Made by a program: the position numbers and the translations under genes. This document shows positions 27,051 through 35,202 of a stretch of 43,626 nt of DNA, in pieces. Source of the stretch: Planctomycetota bacterium (GTDB lineage Bacteria; Planctomycetota; UBA1135; UBA2386); the NCBI GenBank assembly GCA_036338025.1, contig JAYZDB010000201.1:1-43626 (forward strand), given 5' to 3'. Below the pieces are notes generated by a model. The model did no database searches and was not told where the DNA came from. It worked only from the letters and a program-made list of their open reading frames with translations. Position 1 is the stretch's first letter. Every line of letters begins with the position of its first letter.

Positions 27051-29438
27051 CTAGCCGCGCAGTTCCGCCTGCACCTCACCACAGCGCTCACGCACCTTGG
27101 AGAGGTATTTCTCCTCGTCCTTGCTGTCGAGGGTGCGGTCCGTAGCACCTAGAGTGACGGTGAAATTGAGGCTCTTCACACCTTCGGGAAGTTCCGCACC
27201 GCGGTAGGCCTCAAACAATTGAACGTTCATGACCAACTTGCGACCAACCTCGCGCAGGAAGTTTGCGCAAGTCTTGACCTGCACCCCGGTCGGCACCATC
27301 AAGGCGACGTCAACGGGCTGGGTCGGAAAGCGGGACACCTCGACGAACTTGTGTTCCTTCCGACCGACCCGCAACAACTGGCGAAGATCCAGGTTGGCGA
27401 TCGCGACACCACGCGGCAAGTCGAGATTGCGTGCAATCTGAGGGTGCAGGGTTCCGACATAGCCGACCACCTCGGCACCGCTGGTTAGCGCCACAGTCAT
27501 GCCTGGGTGAATCCACGGCAGATCGGTGTGCCCCATCAACTCATCGAGCTCGACTGCAAAGCCCTGACGCTTCAGCAGGGATACCAGGCCGGTCCGCAAA
27601 ACCGAATAGTCCGAACCTCCACGTTGCGCGAAGGCGATCGCCAACTCGCTGACCTCGTGGGCCAGGCCGTCTTGGTCCCTGGATTCCGGGTGATAACCCT
27701 TGCCGACTTCGAACAGGCGCACCGACTGGTAGTTTCGCAGGTTGGCGCCGAGGCAGGACAGCAGGCTCGGCAACACATGCCGACGCATCCGACAGATCTC
27801 GGGCGCCACCGGATTGCCGACGATGGTGTATTCGAGTTCTCGCGCTCCGACTGCCTCGAGTAGAGCATCCGGTTGGAAGCTGTAGTTGTAGACCTCGTTG
27901 GCTGACAACTCCAAGGCCGCAGCCCTGGACAGATCACGAGCCAGGTTGAGTTCCTCGTCCCGGTGCGGCACCGCGACGATCGACGAGAGGGGAACCTCCG
28001 GGATGTTGTCGTAGCGGAACATCCGCCCGATCTCCTCGATCAAGTCGTCTTCGATGCCGATGTCCTTGGATGCCCGCATCGACGGAACCGTGACGTCGAA
28101 GCCATCGTCAGCATCCCTGACCTCGAATTCCAGGCTCTCGAGAATCGAACGGACCTGCTGGTCGGGAACCTGAATGCCGAGCTTGAGGTCGAGTCGCGCC
28201 TTGCGCAACCGGATGATGACCGGTTCGTAGCGCCACTGGGCAGGATCTGCCAGCGGCCCGCTCGGCGCGGCACCGGGGCACAAGTCCTGCAACATCCCGA
28301 CGAATCGGTGGATGCCAAGTTCGGCATTGGCCGGATCCAGGGTCTTCTCGAACCGGGCGCTGGAGTCGGTGCGCAGCCCGAGTCGAACGCTGGTACGTCG
28401 CACAGTCGCAGCATGGAAGGTCGCCGATTCGAGGAACAGTTCGGTGGTCTCGTCATCAACCATCGAACCCTGCCCGCCCATGATGCCTGCCAAAGCCACT
28501 GGCTCGCCACCAGAGGTGATCAGCAAATCCTCTTCCGTCAGGTCCCGTGACATCTCGTCGAGCGTCGTCATGGTCTCACCAGCCTTGGCACGACGAACTA
28601 CCACGTCACTCCGCAGACGCCGGCGATCAAATGCATGCATCGGTTGCCCAAGGTCGAGCATGACGAAATTCGTCAGGTCGACGAGCAGGTTGATCGAGCG
28701 CTGACCAACTGCGTGCAACAAGTAGCGCAGCCAGTCCGGCGACCGGGTCGCCTTGACTCCTCCGATGCACAGGCCGGTGTATCGCGGACAAGCTGCCAGA
28801 TCCTCGATACTCACATCGAGGGCCTCACCGCTGGCCGGGAACTCCACCGGGCGGCCATATTCCTGCAACTCCAGGTTCAGGATGGCAGCGAGTTCGCGGG
28901 CGATGCCGTAGTGCCCCCACAGGTCCGGGCGGTGATTGATCGACTTGTTGTCAATCTCCAGCACGTGGTCGAGGAAAGACACCACACGGCTGAACTCGAC
29001 GCCAGCTGAGTAATCCTTGTCGAGCACGATGATGCCGTCGTGTTCCTCGGACAGGCCGAGTTCACTCTCAGAGCAGATCATCCCCATGGACACCTGGCCG
29101 CGTATCTTGCCCTGCTTGATCTTGGTCCCATCAGGCAACGCCTGGCCGGGTTGGATCACGACCACGCGCTGGTCAGCGGCGACATTGGAGGCCCCGCACA
29201 CGATCTGTAGCGGTTCACCGCCCGCCCCGATGTCGACGGTGCAGACCGAGAGCTTGTCCGCGTCGGGATGCTTCTCCCGCGTCAAGACATGCCCGATCAC
29301 CAAGTCTTCCAAGCCAGCGCCGAAGGTGGTGATCTTCTCCACCTCGGCCGTGCTCATCGTCAGGGCATCGCGAACGTCTTCGGGGCTCTGACCCCCGAGA
29401 TCGACATAGCGATTCAACCAATTGCTGGAGATCAACAC
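27051..29438 (-). CDS. pheT: phenylalanine--tRNA ligase beta subunit
   Basis: GTG at 29438 gives the N-terminus (M)LISSNWLNRYVDLG. Also has the tRNA-binding domain HPDADKLSVCTVDIG, B3/4 and B5 blocks, and the C-terminal FDVYRG-like FEAYRGAELPEGVKSL. Confidence 0.95.
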   Translation of the reverse strand: MLISSNWLNRYVDLGGQSPEDVRDALTMSTAEVEKITTFGAGLEDLVIGHVLTREKHPDADKLSVCTVDIGAGGEPLQIVCGASNVAADQRVVVIQPGQALPDGTKIKQGKIRGQVSMGMICSESELGLSEEHDGIIVLDKDYSAGVEFSRVVSFLDHVLEIDNKSINHRPDLWGHYGIARELAAILNLELQEYGRPVEFPASGEALDVSIEDLAACPRYTGLCIGGVKATRSPDWLRYLLHAVGQRSINLLVDLTNFVMLDLGQPMHAFDRRRLRSDVVVRRAKAGETMTTLDEMSRDLTEEDLLITSGGEPVALAGIMGGQGSMVDDETTELFLESATFHAATVRRTSVRLGLRTDSSARFEKTLDPANAELGIHRFVGMLQDLCPGAAPSGPLADPAQWRYEPVIIRLRKARLDLKLGIQVPDQQVRSILESLEFEVRDADDGFDVTVPSMRASKDIGIEDDLIEEIGRMFRYDNIPEVPLSSIVAVPHRDEELNLARDLSRAAALELSANEVYNYSFQPDALLEAVGARELEYTIVGNPVAPEICRMRRHVLPSLLSCLGANLRNYQSVRLFEVGKGYHPESRDQDGLAHEVSELAIAFAQRGGSDYSVLRTGLVSLLKRQGFAVELDELMGHTDLPWIHPGMTVALTSGAEVVGYVGTLHPQIARNLDLPRGVAIANLDLRQLLRVGRKEHKFVEVSRFPTQPVDVALMVPTGVQVKTCANFLREVGRKLVMNVQLFEAYRGAELPEGVKSLNFTVTLGATDRTLDSKDEEKYLSKVRERCGEVQAELRG

Positions 29439-29439
29439 G

Positions 29440-30462
29440 TCAGGACACCTCGTCGAACTGCTCGAGGAACCGCAGATCGCCACCCATGAAGTAGCGGATG
29501 TCGTTGATGCCATAACGCAGCATCACGACTCGTTGTAGTCCCATACCAAACGCGAACCCGGTGTATTCCTCCGGGTCGATGCCACCGGCCTCCAAGACCT
29601 TCGGGTGCACCATTCCGCACGGCAAGATCTCAATCCACCCGGATTGTTTGCAAACCTTGCAACCGCGACCCTCGCAGAACGCGCAGTTGACATCCAGTTC
29701 GAAACCCGGCTCCACGAACGGAAAGAAGCCAGGCCGCAGGCGCACGTGAATATCCTCGCGCCGCAAGATCACCCGCAGGCAGGTCTTCATGGTGTGGATC
29801 AGGTTGGCGGTCGATACACCCTTGTCCACCACCAGGCCTTCCATTTGGTAAAAGGTGTGTTCGTGGCTGGCGTCCACCGCCTCTTGACGAAAGCAGCGAC
29901 CCGGCGCGATGACCTTCAGGGGTGCGCCGAAGCGTCGCATGGCTCGCACCTGCACCGGCGAAGTATGGGTCCGCAGCAAGGTGCCGTCCGTGTTCCAGAA
30001 GGTGTCCTGGGTTGCCCGGGCCGGGTGGTCGTCTGGGATGTTGAGCGCTTCGAAGTTGTAGAACTCCGACTCGATTTCCGGACCGTCTTGCCAGGTGAAG
30101 CCCAGGGAGGTGAACAGGTCCACGAGTTCGTTCTGCACCACGCTGATCGGATGCAGGGTGCCACGCATCCGCGCCGGACCGGGCTCGGTAGGATCAAAAT
30201 CCGGGGCCGCCAGATCCCGCTGCATCTGCTCTTGCGCCAACACTTCGCGGCGATCATCGAGCACCTTGGCGAGTTCAACCTTGAGCTGGTTGTAGGCCTT
30301 GCCAGCAGCCGGACGCTCTTCTGCGGGCAAGGAAGACACCGACTTGACCAGGTCCTGGATGGCGCCCTTCTTGCCAAATAGCATCGAGTCGACCTGCTTC
30401 AAGGCCGCTTCGTCAGCCGCGCTCTCGATGGCTTGGAGCCACTCCTGTCGTCGCTTCTCCAT
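29440..30462 (-). CDS. pheS: phenylalanine--tRNA ligase alpha subunit
   Basis: 340 aa. Contains HPISVV, DHPARATQDTFW, LRTHTSPVQVR, PGRCFRQEAVDASHEHTFYQMEG and AFGMGLQRVVMLRYGI. Confidence 0.95.
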   Translation of the reverse strand: MEKRRQEWLQAIESAADEAALKQVDSMLFGKKGAIQDLVKSVSSLPAEERPAAGKAYNQLKVELAKVLDDRREVLAQEQMQRDLAAPDFDPTEPGPARMRGTLHPISVVQNELVDLFTSLGFTWQDGPEIESEFYNFEALNIPDDHPARATQDTFWNTDGTLLRTHTSPVQVRAMRRFGAPLKVIAPGRCFRQEAVDASHEHTFYQMEGLVVDKGVSTANLIHTMKTCLRVILRREDIHVRLRPGFFPFVEPGFELDVNCAFCEGRGCKVCKQSGWIEILPCGMVHPKVLEAGGIDPEEYTGFAFGMGLQRVVMLRYGINDIRYFMGGDLRFLEQFDEVS

Positions 30463-30487
30463 GTTGGCTTCTTCCTCAATGCAGTTG

Positions 30488-30520
30488 CAGCCTGGGAGCG
30501 GAGGGTTCGCTGCCAGGCTG
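30488..30520 (-). other. 8-bp stem-loop in the rplT-pheS spacer
   Basis: CAGCCTGG (30488-30495) and CCAGGCTG (30513-30520) flank a 17-nt loop. This lies in the 98-nt gap between the rplT stop and the pheS start. Confidence 0.35.
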
Positions 30521-30560
30521 CCGGGAGGCGCCGTCGGACGCCACTCGATACTCTACCCGC

Positions 30561-30914
30561 TTACGCCAGCGCGGCCTTGGCCTGATCGACGAGCTTGGTA
30601 AAGGTATCGGGGTCGTGAATGGCGAGTTCCGAGAGTTCCTTCCGGTTGAGCTTGATGCCGGCCTTTTGGACACCGTTGATGAAACGACTGTAGAGCATGC
30701 CGTGGCTCTGAGCGGCAGCACTCAGGCGGGCGATCCAGAGCTGACGAAACTGCCGCTTCTTCTGTCGCCGGCCGGCAAACGCAAACGCGTCGGCCCGCAT
30801 GGTGGCCTCGGTGGCGGTCCGGATCAGGCGACTACGCGCACCACGGAACCCCTTCGCTCGCTTGAGGATCCGGTTCTTACGCTGTCTTCCGGCGGGACCG
30901 TATGTTGCGCGCAT
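30561..30914 (-). CDS. rplT: 50S ribosomal protein L20
   Basis: 117 aa. Contains RKNRILKRAKGFRGARSRLIRTATEA...FRQLWIARLSAAA...YSRFINGVQKAGIKLNRK. Confidence 0.95.
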   Translation of the reverse strand: MRATYGPAGRQRKNRILKRAKGFRGARSRLIRTATEATMRADAFAFAGRRQKKRQFRQLWIARLSAAAQSHGMLYSRFINGVQKAGIKLNRKELSELAIHDPDTFTKLVDQAKAALA

Positions 30915-30947
30915 TGCTCTACTCTAGGTTGGGTGGCAGTTGGTGGC

Positions 30948-31142
30948 TTAGCCGTGCAGGCAGGCCGCCATGTTCTTGCCATGCTTTCCGGGCAGGATCC
31001 GCGCCTGGCGCAAGTTGCGCTTGCGCTTACGATCACGACGAGCCAGGAGATGAGACGTAAATGCCTGGTGACGCTTGACCTTGCCGCTCTTGGTCAGCTT
31101 CATCCGTTTGGCGACGCCCTTCTTGGTCTTCTGCTTCGTCAT
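30948..31142 (-). CDS. rpmI: 50S ribosomal protein L35
   Basis: 64 aa from the ATG at 31142 inside track ORF 30948..31448. Sequence begins MTKQKTKKGVAKRMKLTKSGKVKRHQAFTSHLL. A GGAG lies 7 nt upstream. Confidence 0.9.
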   Translation of the reverse strand: MTKQKTKKGVAKRMKLTKSGKVKRHQAFTSHLLARRDRKRKRNLRQARILPGKHGKNMAACLHG

Positions 31143-31218
31143 GCGGGCTCCCGGGGGGGGAAAGGGCGAAAAAACTAGCCAGGGGGCTCCCAGCGAGCAA
31201 GGATTCCGGTGAAATCTT

Positions 31219-32100
31219 TTGGGTCGCAAGGGAATGTGGCCCAAAGAGATCTGGACTCCGGGGCCATGCCCGGCAACATCCTCGGCGATGCTGGCAGGCC
31301 TGCTCCAAATCACCGCGTTCGTCGCCGTCGCCGCAGCGGCCGTATGGCCGCGCCTGCGGAGCCACGCAGCCATCCTCCTGTTCGGCCTGGCGGCTACTGC
31401 GATCAGCCTGGCGCTGCTCGAACCGGGGCCCCGCAGCCTCACCATCACGCACCAGTTCCCGGCCTACGTCGAACTCGCAGTCCTGCCCAAGGACTTCGTG
31501 GTGGAGACCTTACAGGGCATTCCAGCCAGTCGCTGGGGTCTCCTGCTGGCTGGATTTTGCGGCGCCTGGGGAATCTGGCTGTTGGTGCAGCGTGGCGGGC
31601 AACCCGCCCGGGCCTTTGGTGCGCCCTTGTTGCTGGCCTGGTCGGGCTGCGCGCTCCAACTGCTGCTGGAAAAGGCAGCCGGACCGTCCGAACTGTTCCT
31701 GCCCTTCGACCTGGCGCCGGACCGCGCACTATTCCCCGCCACCCTTGCCGGCGCCCTGCTGCTGGCCCGGCCCGGCCGCAAACTCCTCTCGATGGTGGTC
31801 TACCTGGCCCTGTTCATCGCCGTCACCCGGCTGCCCCTGGCAGTCTTTGGGACCCTGGCGACCCAGGGTGCATGGGGCACCCACCTAGACGTCCACGACA
31901 CCACCTACTTTGTGCCCCCAGGTGGTGGCGGCCTCGGCCTCGAAGTCCAGTCCGGAGACAGCCAACAGCTGTTCTGGATGACGTGGGCCCCCCACCTCAT
32001 CGTGTTTCCGGCGGTCTACATGATGAGCGTCGGTGGTGTCGCCTTCCTCTCCCTGATGTGGGCACAGCAGCAGCGGGAAAACCAGAGCCAGGGCGCCTGA
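31219..32100 (+). CDS. hypothetical polytopic membrane protein (about 7 TM)
   Basis: The frame has high third-position GC and seven clear hydrophobic helices, for example LLQITAFVAVAAAAVWP, WGLLLAGFCGAWGIWLLV and LLSMVVYLALFIAVTRLPLAVFG. The start is uncertain: TTG 31219, ATG 31234 or ATG 31288. Confidence 0.62.
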   Translation: MGRKGMWPKEIWTPGPCPATSSAMLAGLLQITAFVAVAAAAVWPRLRSHAAILLFGLAATAISLALLEPGPRSLTITHQFPAYVELAVLPKDFVVETLQGIPASRWGLLLAGFCGAWGIWLLVQRGGQPARAFGAPLLLAWSGCALQLLLEKAAGPSELFLPFDLAPDRALFPATLAGALLLARPGRKLLSMVVYLALFIAVTRLPLAVFGTLATQGAWGTHLDVHDTTYFVPPGGGGLGLEVQSGDSQQLFWMTWAPHLIVFPAVYMMSVGGVAFLSLMWAQQQRENQSQGA

Positions 32101-32177
32101 GCCGACGCCACAGCGTGGGCCCGTCACCAGCGTCGGACTGGTCTGCCGCGCCCGGCCAACGATGATCCGCGAACCGG

Positions 32178-32717
32178 CTACTTCTTGGCCAGGAGCATGA
32201 TCATGCGGCGACCTTCCATGCGAGGCGCGCGCTCGATCTTGGCCACGTCGGCCAGTTGCTCGAAGACGTAGTCACAAACCGCGCGGGCGTTGTCCTTGTG
32301 CATCATCTCGCGGCCACGCAGGAGGCAGACTACCTGCACCTTGTCGCCATTCTCGAAGAAGCCACGCGCACGCTTGACCTTCACCTGGATGTCATGCTCG
32401 GCGATCTTGGGTCGGACCCGGACCTCCTTGACCTGCACCTGGTGCTGCTTCTTCTTGCTGGCCTGCTCCTTCTTCTTCGTCTCGTACTTGTACTTGCCGA
32501 AGTCCATGATCTTGCAGACCGGCGGACGCTGATTGGGAGCGATTTCGACGAGATCCAAACCCTTGCGGTTGGCAATGGCCTGCGCGTCCGCGGTCTCAAG
32601 GACCCCAAGCGCTTCGCCTTCATCGTCGATGACCCGGATCTGCTTGATCCGAATCTGGTGGTTGACCCTCGGGCCAGGGTCTCGTGTTGGACGCCCGCGG
32701 AAAGGGCGTCTAGGCAT
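32178..32717 (-). CDS. infC: translation initiation factor IF-3
   Basis: 179 aa. Contains INHQIRIKQIRVIDDEGE, GLDLVEIAPNQRPPVCKIMDFGKYKYE and KEVRVRPKIAEHDIQVK. An ATG start is present at 32717. Confidence 0.92.
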   Translation of the reverse strand: MPRRPFRGRPTRDPGPRVNHQIRIKQIRVIDDEGEALGVLETADAQAIANRKGLDLVEIAPNQRPPVCKIMDFGKYKYETKKKEQASKKKQHQVQVKEVRVRPKIAEHDIQVKVKRARGFFENGDKVQVVCLLRGREMMHKDNARAVCDYVFEQLADVAKIERAPRMEGRRMIMLLAKK

Positions 32718-32933
32718 CCGGCCTTGTCCTCATACTCATTACGATTTGGATTTCCTCTGGTTGGAATAAGAAAGGGGGTTCCCATCGCGAATCCGAGGTG
32801 GGAGACATCTGACTCGAATCGACCGAGACAGCAGCGTGGGAAAGTTCAGAGCATAGCCGCGTACACCGCAGGACTGCAGCCCCGAAAACCACCTCCGGCG
32901 CGGATTTCGCCTGCCCGACTCTCACCGGGCGGC

Positions 32934-34874
32934 TCATCGACGTTCGGAACTCATACGGGTGAGCAGATTGGCGAATTCCTCCGGCGACAGACTGCCCAGG
33001 TCACCATCCTGGCGATGACGGACCGCCAACCCGCCGCTCTCGACCTCCTGGTCGCCCACGACACAAACGAAGGGCACCTTCTCGGTCCACAGGTGCTTGC
33101 GGATCTTCTGGCCGATCTTCTCGCTGTCGACATCCGCCTCGACCCGGAACCCGGACGAGCGGAGGTCATCGGCCAGCTGCGAAGCCCGGTCCGCATGGCG
33201 CTCACCGACCGATAGGACCACTGCCTGCAGCGGCGCCAGCCAGACCGGGAACGCGCCCCCGAAGTGCTCCACCAGGATGCCGAAGAAGCGCTCCAGTGAG
33301 CCGAGCAAGGCCCGGTGGATCATCACCGGCCGGGTCTTGCTACCGTCCCGGTCGATGTAGGACATGTCGAACCGCTCCGGCTGGGTAAAGTCCGCCTGCA
33401 CCGTCGAGCATTGCCAGAACCGGCCCAGGCTGTCCTTGATCTTGACGTCGATCTTCGGTCCGTAGAACGCACCGCCACCCTCGTCGATCTCATACCGCAG
33501 TTCGAGTCGTTCGAGCGCCTGCCGCAATGCCTCGGTCGCAGTGTCCCACTGCTCCTGCTCACCGACATACTTGTCGGGCCGGGTCGACAGCACCAGGTCG
33601 TATTCCTCGAACCCGAAGGCCTCGAGGATAAACAGGACGAAGCGGAGACAGCGCTCGATCTCCTCGTCGAGCTGATCAGGCCGCAAGAAAAGGTGGGCGT
33701 CATCCTGGGTGAAACCGCGTACCCGCATGAGGCCATGCAGGGTTCCGGCACTCTCGTATCGATAGACGGTGCCCAGCTCCGCCCAACGAAACGGCAGATC
33801 CCGGTACGACCGGCGCTTGCTGTTGAAGATCTCGATGTGGAACGGGCAGTTCATCGGCTTGAGGAGGTACTCAACCCCATCGATGTCGATCGGCGAGTAC
33901 ATCGACTCCTTGTAGAATTCCAGGTGACCACTGGTCTCCCACAGGTCGGAGCGCGCGACGTGCGGGCTGTAGACGATGTCGTAACCACCCGCCAAGTGTT
34001 CGTTGCGCCAGAACTCCTCGACCTTGTGGCGCACGAACCCGCCCTTCGGGTGCCACAGGACCAAGCCTGCACCGAGCTCCCCCATCGTCGAGAACAGATC
34101 GAGGTCCTTGCCCAGGCGTCGGTGGTCTCGCTTGGCAGCCTCCTCGAGATTCTTGCGGTGCTCGTCCATCTGCGCCCGGTCGGCAAAGGCGTGGCCGTAG
34201 ACCCGGGTCAGCATCTTGTTGTCCGCATCGTCGCCAAAGTACGCCCCGGCGATCGACAGGACCGCGATCCCATCGCCGATGTTGCCGGTACTCGGGACGT
34301 GCGGTCCCTTGCAGAGATCGACGAACTCCCCGCTGCGGAAGAAGCTGATCTCCGCGTCGTCGGGCAGCTTGTCGATGGTCGCGACCTTGTAGTCCTCACC
34401 GTTGTCGGCCATCAACTTGCGGGCATCCTCACGGCCCATGATCTCCTTCTCGAACGGGACGTTGGCCTTGATGATCTTCCGCATCTGCTTCTCGATTTCC
34501 GGCAGATCCGCCATCGTGATCGGCTGGTCGCCTAGATCGATGTCATAGTAGTAGCCGTAGCGCGGGTCTTCGACCGGCGGCCCCTTCCACAACTTGACCT
34601 CCGGCCGAAGCCGCGAGATTGCATCAGCCAGCACATGGGCCGCCGAGTGCCGCAGGACTTCGAGCCCCTCCTTGGAGTCACGCGTAATGATCGAAATCGC
34701 ACTGTTGCTGGAGATCGTCTCGCGCAGACTCTGGGTGCTGCCATCGACATCGATCGCCACGGCGGCCTTCAGCAAACCCTTGCCGATCGACTTGGCGATC
34801 TCGAGGCCGTTCACGCCCTCGGGGTATTCTCTCTTGCTGCCGTCGGGCAGGGTGATCTCGATCTGGTCGGACAT
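32934..34874 (-). CDS. thrS: threonine--tRNA ligase
   Basis: ATG at 34874 gives MSDQIEITLPDGS (TGS domain). Also has HSAAHVLA, class II motifs (FRWAELGTVYRYE, RGFTQDDAH, GGGAFYGPKID) and the anticodon-binding C-terminus. Confidence 0.95.
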   Translation of the reverse strand: MSDQIEITLPDGSKREYPEGVNGLEIAKSIGKGLLKAAVAIDVDGSTQSLRETISSNSAISIITRDSKEGLEVLRHSAAHVLADAISRLRPEVKLWKGPPVEDPRYGYYYDIDLGDQPITMADLPEIEKQMRKIIKANVPFEKEIMGREDARKLMADNGEDYKVATIDKLPDDAEISFFRSGEFVDLCKGPHVPSTGNIGDGIAVLSIAGAYFGDDADNKMLTRVYGHAFADRAQMDEHRKNLEEAAKRDHRRLGKDLDLFSTMGELGAGLVLWHPKGGFVRHKVEEFWRNEHLAGGYDIVYSPHVARSDLWETSGHLEFYKESMYSPIDIDGVEYLLKPMNCPFHIEIFNSKRRSYRDLPFRWAELGTVYRYESAGTLHGLMRVRGFTQDDAHLFLRPDQLDEEIERCLRFVLFILEAFGFEEYDLVLSTRPDKYVGEQEQWDTATEALRQALERLELRYEIDEGGGAFYGPKIDVKIKDSLGRFWQCSTVQADFTQPERFDMSYIDRDGSKTRPVMIHRALLGSLERFFGILVEHFGGAFPVWLAPLQAVVLSVGERHADRASQLADDLRSSGFRVEADVDSEKIGQKIRKHLWTEKVPFVCVVGDQEVESGGLAVRHRQDGDLGSLSPEEFANLLTRMSSERR

Positions 34875-34978
34875 CTGCTGCGGATTAGAACGGCGCTCCC
34901 TGAGCATGGCAAGGAAGGCTTGCCGGTGTTGGGCGCTTCAGCCTTGTTCCCCGCGCTCCTGAGCATCTAATTGCCAAC

Positions 34979-35131
34979 ATGAAGTCGATCTGCGCCGCCG
35001 CGACCCTCCCCGCCCTGTTGGCTGCCTGCAAATCCGCGGCGGGCATGGCCTGTGCGAGGGAGTTGATCCTGGAGGTCCGGGATCGTCTGCAGTGGATCAC
35101 CAGCAACGGCGTCGCAAAGATTCTCAAGTAG
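34979..35131 (+). CDS. candidate 50-aa small lipoprotein (not in the ORF track)
   Basis: ATG 34979 to TAG 35129-35131. The product is MKSICAAATLPALLAACKSAAGMACARELILEVRDRLQWITSNGVAKILK, with a lipobox LLAAC and mostly G/C third positions. It lies 71 nt upstream of the Fe-S/NrfD gene on the same strand. Confidence 0.35.
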   Translation: MKSICAAATLPALLAACKSAAGMACARELILEVRDRLQWITSNGVAKILK

Positions 35132-35202
35132 TGGACTGGCAATCCGATCCGGCAGTCGCCAAGCTCGACACCACCTGAAAGCTCCCTCTGCGGACCCGCT
35201 CA

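Noticed and set aside
31153-31160. G8 homopolymer just upstream of rpmI, considered as a slipped-strand phase-variation tract
   Set aside because: It lies in the untranslated leader of an essential ribosomal protein gene, where on/off switching is implausible. It is noted only as part of the unusual rpmI leader.
31209-32165. 318-aa plus-strand ORF in an alternative frame of the infC-rpmI gap
   Set aside because: It is Arg/Pro/Gly-rich with no hydrophobic helices. The 31219..32100 frame gives seven clean TM segments and is preferred.
33315-34535. 406-aa plus-strand ORF inside thrS. Similar long antisense ORFs lie at 37287..38735 (inside the molybdoenzyme gene) and 40142..41410 (inside aspS).
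   Set aside because: All three lie antisense to genes with unmistakable family signatures and have shadow-ORF composition.
34811-34966. 51-codon upstream ORF on the minus strand, starting in the distal copy of the thrS leader repeat and overlapping the thrS start out of frame
   Set aside because: It has no ribosome-binding site that I can see and a low-complexity product. It is more simply explained as a by-product of the ATG contained in the repeated element.
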